A stretch of DNA of 64,000 nucleotides, taken from Octopus vulgaris. Taxonomy: Eukaryota. The position numbers and the translations under genes are program-made. Positions 1-11,890 of the stretch are shown here, one piece after another. The stretch is taken from NCBI GenBank assembly GCA_951406725.2, contig OX597827.1, forward strand, positions 47,306,001-47,370,000, written 5' to 3'. The notes under the pieces were generated by a model. It saw only the letters and a program-made list of their open reading frames with translations, was not told the origin of the DNA and searched no databases. The number at the start of each line of letters is the position of its first letter. Within the stretch, counting starts at the first letter, position 1.

Positions 1-590
1 AGTGCTACACTTATTTTTTTTCTTTTGGGAAGGAAACATTTAATTATACCATTTGCAATAATTAATTGGTGCCAATTGATACCATTGGGGCCTATGTAAT
101 TGACTGATAAATTAGATATCGGTGGGATTTATCCCAGAACAATTTTGCTAAAATACTCTATATGAATAATTGACAGAGTCGCTCGAACTGCCAGGGATTG
201 CAACTGCAATTGTCTAAAATTAAGTTAATCATTCAAAATTTGGAAGGGCATTTAAAAATAATGTAGTTCTAAATTAACTACTTTTAGAAAGAGAACCTTG
301 GACGGGATAGCCACGTGATAGCCACAGGATAGAATGTTTGATGTTCCATGACTGTATTGATGACCCATGACTGTATTATGGATAAATAACAGCAAGAGCA
401 AAACAGCAAGAACAACGCCATCACTAACACCAACAAAATTAGCAACAATACCAGCATCGCCAGTAATAAGAAACAAATGAAAGAATAACAAAAAAAAAAA
501 AAAGATTAAAATCACCCGCAGCACCGTCAACAGCTTCAAACAACAACGAGAAACAGCAACAACAGCATCAATGTAGGCAACCGAACTTTG

Positions 591-790
591 GAAGCACTCC
601 GTCGGTTACGACGATGAGGGTTCCGGTTGATCCGATCAACGGAACAGCCTGCTCGTGAAATTAACGTGTAAGTGGCTGAGCACTCCACAGACACGTGTAA
701 CCTTAACGTAGTTCTCGGGGATATTCAGCGTGACACAGAGAGTGACAAGGCTGGCCCTTTGAAATACAGGTACAACAGAAACAGGAAGTA
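591..790 (-). mobile_element. SINE 3' fragment (tail type 2)
   Basis: Near-identical to 17406-17607 (gaagcactccgtcggttacgacgatgagggttcc...acaggaagta), the 3' half of the full SINE there. Confidence 0.85.
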
Positions 791-974
791 ATGTTGTGCA
801 AAAGAGATCAACGATAAATAATTAGAAAAAAAGTCTTTGGTTTTACTGCTACCGTTTGTATAATTCCACGTCGAGCCATATTTATTTATTCATTTACTTA
901 TTAATACCAAACGGGCAAACAATGTGAATTGTTGAGAAGAATAGTGGTATAAGCACTTGGGAATGCGAAAGTAC

Positions 975-1458
975 TTGGGAATACTGGAGTCGGAGAAATG
1001 TAAGATTTTGTGGAACTTTTCTATTCAAACGGACAAGAAATTAGAAAATGATCGACTAGAAATAACGACTATAGACAAGGGAAACAGAAGTTGTTTACTT
1101 ACCGACCGATCAAGCCCGTTTGATTCAAGGATCGCAAAGAAAGAGGAAGAAAGAATATACAATCCTTTAAAGTTTGGAGCATACCAACAGTAAAGGTCGT
1201 ACCTATGGTAATTGGTGCGTTGAGAACAGTAAGCCAAGATATAGACATATGACTGGAGGAGATTGTAATAAGATGCCCGGTAGAGCTCCTACAGAAAGTT
1301 TGTCTCTTAGAGACAGCAAGAATTATCAAGAGGATTCTTAGCACTTGAAAGACTTCTGAAAACTTGTGCGTACCTAAGGTTACAAGTAGTAACCCTCTAT
1401 TCACATAATTCTTACCAGGATTAAGACCGAACCTGTGCCTAACCAAAATAATAATAAT
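975..1458 (+). mobile_element. R4/Dong-like non-LTR retrotransposon 3' end (RLE endonuclease region + 3' UTR), decayed
   Basis: Translates ILESEKCKILWNFSIQTDKKLENDRLEI...KVVPMVIGALRTVS...ELLQKVCLLETARIIKRILS, the typical R4-clade C-terminus (KILWDF.IQTD, VPxVIGALG, LQKxxLLGTARI); frameshifted; ends in (TAA)n. Confidence 0.85.
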
Positions 1459-1670
1459 CCTTTCTGCTAAAGCACAAGGCCTGAAACTTTGGGGGAGGGG
1501 ATTAAACATATACATCAACCCTCAGTGTTTAACTGGTATTTCATTCATCGACCCCGAAAGGATGAAATACAATGTCGATCTCCGCGGGACTTGACCTCAG
1601 AACGTGAAGACCGACAAAATACAGCTAAGCATTTAACCTAGCGTGCTAACATTTCTGCCAGCTTGCCACC
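1459..1670 (-). mobile_element. SINE family C copy
   Basis: Reverse complement begins ggtggcaagctggcagaaatgttagcacgc and contains the family hallmark tttcatcctttcggggtcgat; flanked by (TAA)n. Confidence 0.8.
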
Positions 1671-1677
1671 TTTGATG

Positions 1678-1723
<46 letters not shown>

Positions 1724-1740
1724 TAATAATAATAATAATA

Positions 1741-1927
1741 TTCCTTCCTAATCTATGCACAAGGCCCGATTTTTTTGGCGTGGGGTGGGGGCCGTCGATT
1801 AGATCGACCCCTGTACACAACTGGTGCTTAATTTATCCCTGAAAGGATAAAAGGCAAAGTCGGATTTTGAACTCAGAACGTGAAGACGGACGAAATATGC
1901 CTGGCGTGCAAACGATTCTCCCAGCTT
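1741..1927 (-). mobile_element. SINE family C copy
   Basis: Contains gaaaggataaaaggcaaagtcgg...tttgaactcagaacgtgaagacggacgaaat, as in other family C copies. Confidence 0.75.
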
Positions 1928-1928
1928 G

Positions 1929-1929
1929 A

Positions 1930-1961
<32 letters not shown>

Positions 1962-1962
1962 T

Positions 1963-2042
<80 letters not shown>

Positions 2043-2068
2043 GTAATAATAATAATAATAATATTATT

Positions 2069-2126
<58 letters not shown>

Positions 2127-2133
2127 GTAATAA
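1929..2133. repeat. Compound (TAC)n-(TAA)n microsatellite
   Basis: Directly visible; explains the poly-T/N/L/I ORFs at 1873-2190. Confidence 0.95.
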
Positions 2134-3424
2134 TGGTAACATATAATGTATAGAAAAATCAAACACTACTCTAAGAGTGAGTAACATCAAAGAGATATCT
2201 ATAAAAAGTTAAATCCAGTGCAGTTACACGTCGTCACGTGGACAGCCAATAACTTACTAACTTAAACTACGCCTACACGAAGAAAATGAAGCTACCATAA
2301 AACCCCTCCAAGAAATATAGTAATACTGTTATCTGACCGAAAATTTCAATTTCAAAAGAAAAAAAAAGTAGTTTTATAAAACAGCGTATACTCACGTATA
2401 ATCTTTAGTATAAATAATATATTAGTTATTTAAATAGAGAACAAAAAAGTCATTAATTCGATTGTTGAAATTAGAAGACATACGTCGGTGACTTGGATCC
2501 ATGTTTTGAGCCGGAAGAAATATAGATTCTATTTGAACATATCTTCGTATTTATCTATCAATTAATTGTCTTTGTCAAATAACAAGCATGATCGTTCACA
2601 ACATATATGTTTGTATGTATGTATGTATGTATGTATGTATGTATGTATGTATGTATGTATACATGTATGTATGTACGTACGTACGTTTTTGTATGTATGT
2701 ATGTATGTATACATGTGTGTGCGCGTGTGTGTGTATACACGTGTGCACATACACATATCTATATATAATTCGTATATAAATATACATTATAGTTATATTG
2801 ATGATTGTTGGTGCGTTGTATTTGACGCCTGGAAGCTGGAAACGGTAGGTTAAATAAATAAGTAAAAATACCAACTACAATCTAATCATATAAATATATC
2901 TAAATACATTGCATATACATACATATTTACTTTTATTTGAATACGCAAAATATATAAACATATATATGTATGACTGTATGTATGTATGTATGTATGTATG
3001 TATGTATGTATGTATGTATGTATGTATGTATGTATGTATGTGCAGATTTGTATGGTTTATGTATGTATTCTCATGCATACAGTTGCATTTCTAGACGTGC
3101 TCATATATATTTAAATGATAAACTTCTGGAAAGTTTTACAGTTCCAGTGAAGGATTGGATGTGTAGTCTTCGAATTTGCTTTCTCCTTTCTAGTTTTGGG
3201 AAGCTTAATTTCGCAAGATTGGCATTAGGCAGTGTGTTTTATATCCCAGAGCCCTAATTATTATAGGTATAAAACTGAACTTGTAATCTGGTTAAACCGA
3301 AAACAAGCACACATAATTTCCACATAAACAGTGACATAGACCACATCTACCTAAAACGAAAACAAGGCAGCAGAAGCTTAACATCGATCCAAAATGCTTT
3401 TGAATGTTGAATCATATCCCTTTA

Positions 3425-3562
3425 AATTCAGCCGAGATCGACTTTGCCTTTCATTCTCTCTGGGTCGATAAATGAAGTACCAGTTGCGTTCTCGGGTCGA
3501 TCTAATTTTCTGGCCCACTCCTCAAAAATTTGGGGTCGTGTGCCTAGAGTAGAAAAGAATAT
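3425..3562 (+). mobile_element. SINE family C 3' part
   Basis: aattcagccgagatcgactttgcctttcattctctctgggtcgataaatgaagtaccag matches family C. Confidence 0.75.
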
Positions 3563-3569
3563 CTTTTTA

Positions 3570-3990
3570 CCACCAAGTGTCGAAGTGAATGCCTTGACCA
3601 AGTTTGCATACATGAGGCTGATAACACTGGATGGCAGCTTTTGAGCAATACTCTTTGATAACCTAGAATACATGCCCAAAGAAGTTGCACGACTCTACCG
3701 CAATGTATCATCAGATGAAAGGATGAGCCTATAAGAGCATAAGACTATGCATGGATATGTTAGTAGAAAGCTCTGAGACGATAGTAACATCATCTCAGTT
3801 CATTATGGACCAATAACCGGATTACTACCCCCCACTCTGAAGTGTATCCGTTTGCAATCTAGGAACAAGAAATATCAACCAAGGACCTGATGCACAATGG
3901 GGACAGAGATGCAGGAAAAGCAGTAAAGTGTGACAACTGATGCAGAATTTGTGGGGCTTCAAACTGAGGGATATCACCCATATCATAAGC
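3570..3990 (+). mobile_element. R4/Dong-like non-LTR fragment (post-RT region to CCHC zinc knuckle), decayed
   Basis: Across frameshifts reads KTMHGYVSRKL...PFAI*EQEISTKDLMH...KCDN*CRICG...DITHIIS (CRxC...ExxxHI motif); homologous to the ...HLKGYAFAIPKEE segment at 48492-48660. Confidence 0.75.
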
Positions 3991-4446
3991 CTATTATATA
4001 TAACTTTGTATGAACATTTATACATGTAGATATGGATAGACAAGTCCTGGTGTTATCTGTAAATACGAAAATGCGTAAGAGTGGATACTATAAAGATTAC
4101 ACAGCATTATAGCTGTTTCAGTGGGAAAATATTTCCGTTGAACACATTGGTTTTCATTGAACGAACTCACGCACAGAAGCAAACATTCACACGGACATAC
4201 TCATGCGGACATACACACAGATTTGCAAACAGACACAGCACGCGACACATTGTAATTTGGATTAAGTGTAAGAGAAGCATTTAAGCTGCAGAGGTGAAAT
4301 CGGTGTGAAAACAGCTTATTGGTTTCTGAAGTAAAGTGAAAACTGATTAGGAAATTTCTTACCGATTCGTTTCGGAATACTTGCACGGCTTCATAAATGA
4401 AGTGTTATTATACTGTCAGAATTATGAACCAAAATACATATACATA

Positions 4447-5248
4447 CGTGGTCTGATCAATAAGTGTTCGGATTGTTGCTATAGTAACGAAGCTATAGCA
4501 CACAGAGTGAAGCCGTTTGGCATCACAGACTGACCTTGAGCTGTGCTGTGTATGCGCACTAAGTTTTAATGTTCTAGCTCACTTCCGCTGTTTACAGCAG
4601 TGCTTGGAAGGAAGGTATGTAGTGTGTAGCATGTGATCGTAGTATTGACAAGAAGAAAATTGAGCAGATATTCTGCATCAAATTTTACCAAAAACTTGGC
4701 AATACCTGCTTAGAGGCCTACGCAAGGTTTTCAAAACGTATTCATCGTTTTCGACACAATAAAGGAGAACTTGTGCAATTGAAACCCGAGTGTCCGTTTG
4801 GCACAAACTTGACAGAAACGTGTCTCATACCCAAATCTTCAGTAATAATGGACTTAAGTGCACCGTAACCCATCAGCATATCCGCTGACACCTCATGGAT
4901 GGTGATTCGACGATTTCCCCTCAAAGCTGCACACACATCTGTGATGTTTTTCCTAGTTCTATTGGTTGCGGCTCTCCCAGAACGTTCGTCAATATCGGCA
5001 TTTTCTTCGGCCATCTTGGAAACATCTGAACCACTCGTAGACTTGTGTGCGTCTCATACACTCCTTCCCATAAACTTTCTGCAACTTTGCGCAGTCCATT
5101 GAGCAGGCATCGTCAGGACAAATTTCTCTGTCATGGTCGCTATACAGTTTTCTTCGAAGCACTGCTGTAAACAACGGAAGTAGCTAGAACGTTAAAGCAG
5201 CATGGCTCAGGGTCAATCTTTGTCAAGCGGCTTCGTTACTATGACACA
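4447..5248. mobile_element. Rearranged mariner-like element made of two convergent 5' portions
   Basis: TA then cgtggtctgatcaataagt TIR-like start. Transposase N-terminus on + (EQ.FCIKF.QKLG, ~4660-4740) and on - (LQKVYGKECMRRTQVYEWF...DERSGR...RRITIHEVS...LGMRHVSVKFVP, ~5090-4795). Inverted arms 4474-4609 vs 5152-5248. Confidence 0.8.
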
Positions 5249-5281
5249 GTACATGCATGCATGCATGCATACATACATACA

Positions 5282-5358
<77 letters not shown>

Positions 5359-5426
5359 CTATATATATACATGTATAGCTATATAAATGTATACACATAC
5401 ATACATACATACATACATACATACAT

Positions 5427-5479
<53 letters not shown>

Positions 5480-5932
5480 CGTGTGTGTGCGTGCGTATGT
5501 ATATTAAGATCGGGTTAGATTTTTATACATGTACAGTATACACTTTCTGTTTAAAGAATACACTTTTTTTTAACATAACGAACAACTAGATATTTTCCAA
5601 TATGAAATAATGTAACAAAAATTTATTTCACATTGCAAATGTGTACGTATGATAATCTTCCTGACGATATATTAGTCTGGCATACATACCGCGCACACAA
5701 ACGAAAAATAAATATAGGGAGGAGAGAAAATATCTCCTGTCACTTTGGTTTTCGCATGAGAAACGTTTTAGTAAATATATTTAGTGCATACATTTATGTG
5801 TATGCTTCAGTGCGACATATTCTTAATTCAAGGGAAAATCCTAGTGTACTTGTATATACATACATACATACATACATACATACATACATACATACATACA
5901 TACATACATACATACATAGATAAATATATATA

Positions 5933-8668
5933 TATAATAATTTTTAATTCCATTTATTCTATTTCTCCATTCATTATTTTAAATGACGTTTGCTTCCATA
6001 GCGCGTATTCTTTTTATACATATGTTAGGTTCCTATGGTAACGTAATTTTGGTTTGACGGTTTTAATGGCTTAGAATTTAATTTCACTTCATAATTTGAA
6101 ACTGACTTGAAAGTATGTATATTTTTTCTTATGTCATATTGTTACTTTTGATATTCTGGTTAATTATGAAGATTTTTATATATCGTATTATGTGTAATAA
6201 TGTTGTTTTTCTTTGGAGTGTTTATGTATGTGGGAATGTGTGTGAGTATGTGCGTATTTTAGTTGTATAATTTATTTATCTGTATGAGTGTGGGTGTGTA
6301 AATATTGTTGTATATATCGAGTTTAGTGAGTATGTATATGCGTATATGTGAGGGAGTATATGTATATGTTGTGTGTGTGTGTTTTACGTATGTATATTTG
6401 TGTGTGAATGTGTATATGGGTTTGTTATATAGGTTTGGGGATGTATGTGTTAATTTATCTGTATGGGGTGGGAGTGGGTTTTTGGTGTATATTGAGGTTT
6501 ATACGTTAGTATAGGTATGTGTGAGTGAGGTGGGTATTTGTATAAGTCGTGGGTCTGTGGTTTACGTGTGTGTATTTGTGTGTGAATGTTTAGGTTAGGG
6601 GATTGCTATATAGGTTTGTTATAGAGTTTAGCAAAGGGAGATTTTATCATTATATGTTTTTATGAGTTTTAGTTTATCATGGTAGTTTTATTAAAGAATT
6701 CGTAGTAATTTGTCTATTTACGATGTTTGTTATTTTATTACATTATTTCATTCATAATTTTTAAGTAATGTTCGTTTTACCACGTGAATATAATTTTTAA
6801 TTCCATTTATTCCATTTCTCCATTCATAATTTTAAAAGATGTTCGTTTCCAGAGCGGGAATACTTTTTATACATATGTTAGGTTCCTTGGTAACGTAATT
6901 TTGTTTGGTGTATATGTTGAGGCTTATATGTACTTATAGGTATGTGTGAATGAGGTGGGTATTTGTATTTGTTATGGGTGTGCGGTTTACGTGTGTGTAT
7001 TTGTGTGTAAATGTATAGGTTAATGGGATTGCTATATAGGTATGTTATAGGGTTTAGTAAAGGGAGGTTTTATCATTTATGTTTTTATGAGTTTTAATTT
7101 ATCATGGTAGTTTTATTAAAGAATCCATTCATAATTTTTTTAAATAATGTTAGTTTACCGCGTGAATATAATTTTTAATTCCATTTATTCTATTTCTCCA
7201 TTCATAATTTTAAATGACGTTTGCTTCCATAGCGCGTATTCTTTTTATACACATGTTAGGTTCCTATGGTAACGTAATTTTGGTTTGACGTTTTTAACGG
7301 CTTAGAATTTAATTTCACTTCATAATTTGAAACTGACTTGAAAGTATGTATATTATTTCTCCTTATGTCATATTGTTATTTTTGATATTCTAGTTACTTA
7401 CGATGTATTTTTTATATATCGTATTATGTGTAATAATGTTGTTTTTCTTTGGAGTGTTTATGTATGTGGGATTGTGTGTGAGTGTGTGCGTATTTTAATT
7501 GTATAATTTATTTATCTGTATGAGTGTGGGTGTGTTCATATTGTTGTATATATCGAGTTTAGTGAGTATGTATATGTATATGGTGTGTGTTTTACGTATG
7601 TATATTTGTGTGTGAATGTGTTTATGGGTTTGCTATATAGGTTTGGGGATGTATGTGTTTATTTATCTGTGTGGGGTTGAGTGGGTTTTTGGAGTATATA
7701 TTGAGGTTTATATGTATGTATAGGTATGTGTGAGTGAGGTGGGTATTTGTATATGTCGTGGGTGTGTGGTTTACGTGTGTGTATTTGTGTGTGAATGTTT
7801 AGGTTAGGGGGATTGCTATATAGGTATGTTATAGAGTTTAGTAAAGGGAGATTTTATCATTATATGTTTTTATGAGTTTTAGTTTATCATGGTAGTTTTA
7901 TTAAAGAATTCGTAGTAATTTATGTCTTTTTACGATGTCTGTTATTTTATTACATTATTTCATTCATAATTTTTAAGTAATGTTCGTTTTACTAAGTGAA
8001 TATAATTCTTAATTCCATTTATTCCATTTCTCCATTCATAATTTTAAATGATGTTCGTTTCTAGAGCGGGAATGTGGGTTGTATGTGTGTGTGGGGAGTA
8101 TGAATAAGTATTGTGTTGAAGTATTTGGCTATTTTATTTATTTATCGTTGCCTAGACGTTTTTATGTGTATGTATAGGGATATATATATAGGTGTGTGAT
8201 TTAGTGTATGTATTTAGATATGGTTATATATAATTAGTTATATGTGTATGGGTGTATATATAGTTTATTTTTTGTTTTGTTTTATATTTAATTGTTGATA
8301 GGTTTATTTTAGTTTATATATTGTTTATATATTGATTATATATGGATTATATATAGGTTATATATAGATTATATATTTATATTTTTTCATTAATACTTTA
8401 ATTATTTTAAAATTATTATTTTTATATTTTAAAATATTGATATTTTAGATTGGAAGTCCACCTGAAGATTGTCGATCAGGACAAGAAACAATTGTAGTGG
8501 CGGTTTTTTTGACTTTTTATTAAAATTTTATGTATTGATTAAGTCTTTCCTTGTTTGTTTTGCAAAATAGTGGTTTTGTCTCTAATAATATTATATAATA
8601 TTTTACTATAAAATTGGATTTAATCCTAAATCTGATTTTTTCCCTGTAAATTTGGATTTATTCCCTAA

Positions 8669-8672
<4 letters not shown>
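5933..8672 (+). mobile_element. Non-autonomous PLE-like element with nested tandem duplications and a terminal hammerhead
   Basis: G/T-skewed block. The segment ataatttttaattccatttattc recurs near 5935, 6790, 7170 and 8000, and 5935-6780 is duplicated at ~7170-7990. HHR at 8458-8500; ends in (TA)n. Confidence 0.65.
8458..8500 (+). ncRNA. Type I minimal hammerhead ribozyme, canonical core
   Basis: CCAC-CTGAAGA-TTGTC(GATCAG)GACAA-GAAAC-AATT-GTA-GTGG: stem I CCAC/GTGG, stem II TTGTC/GACAA, palindromic stem III ACAATTGT, GUA cleavage triplet. Confidence 0.9.
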
Positions 8673-8721
<49 letters not shown>

Positions 8722-8746
8722 GTGGGTGGGTGTGTTTGCGTGTTTT

Positions 8747-8885
8747 CGAGGGGGTACTGGAAAGTTCCTGTCTTTAAGGGTGTCGCGAAAGGTCTCGCTG
8801 GATGTCTAAACCTCGGTGTTCTTTTACAAGGCTTGAAAAACTGAAGGACCGTTGCAATATGTGAGTGAATCTGAGAGGAGAATAT
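8747..8885 (+). mobile_element. Internally deleted mariner-like relic
   Basis: cgagggggtactggaaagttcc TIR-like start followed by a transposase C-terminal-like GLEKLKDRCNM*VNLRGEY; interrupted by a SINE. Confidence 0.55.
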
Positions 8886-9053
8886 ACTCTTTTACTCTTT
8901 AACTTGTTTCAGTCATTTGACTATGGCCATGCTGGAACACCGCCTTACTCGAGCAAATCGACCCCAGGACTTATTATTTGTAAGCCCAGTACATATTCTA
9001 TCGGACTTTTTTAACCGAACCGCTAGGTTACGGGGACGTAATCACACCAGCAT
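8886..9053 (-). mobile_element. SINE family B 3' half
   Basis: Reverse complement of gatgctggtgtg...cggttcgg...ggggtcgatttgctcga...ccagcatggcc...gagtaaaagag. Confidence 0.85.
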
Positions 9054-9328
9054 CTGAAGTAGAGGTAGGCTGGATTGTAGCCACAATTCTATGCAAGAGG
9101 GAGGACAAGATACAACTGATCGAAATTACAAGAGACGGGCTAACAATTCCAGTCTGTTATATAATTTGAGTATTGTTATCACTAGCGATATCAAGATATA
9201 ACTTTGTATTTTGTATTTTATGTGTAGATGTATATGTATAGATGTACATATAATATGTACATATATATATATACACATATATACATGCACTAGCACTATG
9301 ACCCGGCAACGACGGGTCTTTCATGCTA

Positions 9329-9376
<48 letters not shown>

Positions 9377-9387
9377 TTATATATATA

Positions 9388-9585
9388 CAGTAATTCCTCG
9401 CCATATCGCGGTCCATCTATCGCGGTTTATCATTTAAGCTTACTTTTATTCCTCTGTGGTGTTATTTTGCATTTATAATAAAATAAATATATGCAAATTA
9501 TAAAGATAATGAAAAATATACACTACAATACTATTTCTACTTTGCGGAATTTTACCTATTGCGGAGAGCATTGGAACGTAACACT
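9388..9585 (+). mobile_element. pogo/Tigger-like MITE, right end lost
   Basis: TA|cagtaattcctcgccatatcgcgg start and ctactttgcggaattttacctattgcgg...ggaacgtaac subterminal sequence, typical of Tigger-type MITEs. Confidence 0.55.
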
Positions 9586-9988
9586 CATATATATATATAT
9601 ATGAAAGTCCTTGTGAAAATTACTTAATGTTATTTTAAGTGGAAAGGAGATTTTAAACAATTAAAAAGAGCTACGAAATAATTTATCAGAATATTACTTA
9701 CCTTCAGGAAGAAGTTTTTTTCATAGTATACATACAACTCATCCATATATACATGTACATGAATCATGTATAATATAAATATTTCTATAGCAAAAGTTTG
9801 AATCTATTTCAAATTTCCAGTTTTAAGAGAATCGGGCTCGTAGCTATTAACTTGAACCATGGATTACGTCGTTAGAACTGCCAGCCATCATATATGTCAC
9901 TTAACCCTCGATAAGCATAGGAGAAGTCATCCATACACGTGCACATACATGTGTACACACACAGACACATTCACAAGCAGGTATGCCT

Positions 9989-10033
<45 letters not shown>

Positions 10034-10036
<3 letters not shown>

Positions 10037-10339
10037 GCGCAATGGCCTAGTGGTTAGGGCAGCGAACTCGCGGTCGTAGGATCGCGGTTTCGATTCCCAG
10101 ACCGGGCGTTGTGTGTGTTTATTGAGCGAAAACACCTTAAAAAGCTCCACGAGACTCCGGCAGGGGGTGGTGATCCCTGCTGTACTCTTTCACCACAACT
10201 TTCTCTCACTCTTTCTTCTGTTGGCCTGCTCGCTTAGCCAGCGGGGTGGCGTCATTCGAAGGCTAAAAGAATGCGAACGCATTGTGACCAGCGATGTGTA
10301 GCAACATCTGATGGTCTGGTCGGTCACGTGATCACGTGA
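10034..10339 (+). mobile_element. tRNA-derived SINE family A, full length, RTE-type tail (tail 1)
   Basis: Pol III A box tggcctagtgg and B box ggtttcgattcc in a tRNA-like head; tail cattgtgaccagcgatg...tctggtcggtcacgtgatcacgtga is homologous to the RTE LINE end at 51871-51932. Confidence 0.9.
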
Positions 10340-10425
10340 TATATATATATATATATATAAATATATATATCACGTGATCACGTGACCGACCAGACCACCA
10401 GATATATATATATATATATATATAG

Positions 10426-10582
10426 GCGCAGGAGTGGGTATGTGGTAAGTAGCTTGCTAACCAACCACATGGTTCCGGGTTCAGTCCCGCTGCTATAAGT
10501 GCCTTCTGCTATAGCCCCGGGCCCCAATGCCTTGTGAGTGGATTTGGTAGACGGAAACTGAAAGAAGCTTGTCGTATATATA

Positions 10583-10634
<52 letters not shown>

Positions 10635-10836
10635 TTGGCCCCCTAGCATTGCTTGACAACCGACGCTGGTGTGCTTACGTCCCCGTCACTTAGCGGTTCG
10701 GCAAAAAAGATCGATAGAATAAGCCCTGGGCTTACAAAGAATAAGTCCTGGGGTTGATTTGCTCCACTAAAGGCGGTGCTCCAGCATGGCCGCAGTCCAA
10801 TGACTGAAACAAGTAAAAGAGTAAAAGAGTAAAAGA
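10426..10836 (+). mobile_element. SINE family B, near full length, internal TA/TG microsatellite
   Basis: Head ggcgcaggagtgggtatgtggtaagtagcttgc...ggttccgggttcagtccc; ends in (gtaaaaga)n; many further copies in the window. Confidence 0.9.
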
Positions 10837-10853
10837 GATATATTATATATATA

Positions 10854-10914
<61 letters not shown>

Positions 10915-10915
<1 letters not shown>

Positions 10916-11124
10916 GTAAATCCAATATAAAAAACCAGGAGCAAATACGAAAAACAACAACAAACGGAGGACATGGTACATGTAAAGTATTAGCAGACGC
11001 TCAGGGAAGGGAAAAAAGGTGGTTTAACGTTTCGAGCAAAGCATTTCTCCAGAAACAGACGAAAGTCAAAGTCCAATAGAAAAGAAAGATGGAGGAAGCA
11101 AATCGCCAACGATTGATATGTGGT

Positions 11125-11130
<6 letters not shown>
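10915..11130 (-). mobile_element. Short HHR-bearing element (family H), degenerate hammerhead at 11022-11056
   Basis: Homologous to 33840-34030 and 37295-37505; minus strand GTTT-CTGGAGA-AATGC-TTT-GCTC-GAAAC-GTT-AAAC; flanked by (TA)n. Confidence 0.6.
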
Positions 11131-11206
<76 letters not shown>

Positions 11207-11207
11207 T

Positions 11208-11779
11208 AATAGTTATCGCCATACTAACATGGCATTCTTATAAAAATAAGAAAAAAGCTGTCCGCTTATTAGCTCCATGAGGCCATCGCCTTAAGTTAGC
11301 TATTTGATACACAAACTGTATCCATATAACCTTCGATCAAGGTTATAACTATTATTTTCCGGGAACGCTGCCGCTGTTCTCTTTTAGAGAGACTTAGTTA
11401 TTTTAATATTTCTATTATTGAAAACAAGTGGATGTGTTCCACCGAAACTAGGTAAATAAAACCATCGAACAGAGATTGTCGGAAGCGACACCTACTGGCT
11501 GGCTACGCTGCATTGAAAAGGGGCAATACTCCGAAACGCGTCTGTAGCTGCCGGTCAAGTAGTGTGGAGCGACTGACCTCCCTTGTTCGAAGGTTATATT
11601 GATACAGTTTGTGTATCAAATAGCTAACTTAAGGCGATGGCCTCATGGAGCTAATAAGCGGACAGCTTTTTTCTTATTTTTATAAGAATGCCATGTTAGT
11701 ATGGCGATAACTATTATTTTCCGGGAACGCTGCCGCTGTTCTCTTTTAGAGAGACTTAGTTATTTTAATATTTCTATTA
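11208..11779 (+). mobile_element. Non-autonomous PLE/retrozyme-like insertion: inverted 5' copy plus 362-nt unit with terminal direct repeat
   Basis: 11208-11342 is the reverse complement of ~11581-11714; 11345-11418 is repeated at 11707-11780 (offset 362); HHR at 11507-11548; (TA)n on both sides. Confidence 0.85.
11507..11548 (+). ncRNA. Type I hammerhead ribozyme, U3-A8 core variant
   Basis: GCTGCA-TTGAAAA-GGGG(CAATA)CTCC-GAAAC-GC-GTC-TGTAGC: 6-bp stem I (one G-U), stem II GGGG/CTCC, palindromic stem III ACGCGT, GUC triplet. Confidence 0.8.
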
Positions 11780-11782
11780 TAT

Positions 11783-11822
<40 letters not shown>

Positions 11823-11838
11823 TTTCCTATATATATAT

Positions 11839-11890
<52 letters not shown>

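Noticed and set aside
10034-10110. tRNA gene-like sequence (also 17715-17791, 53808-53880)
   Set aside because: SINE heads: A/B boxes are present but there is no closed acceptor stem, and they run into SINE bodies.
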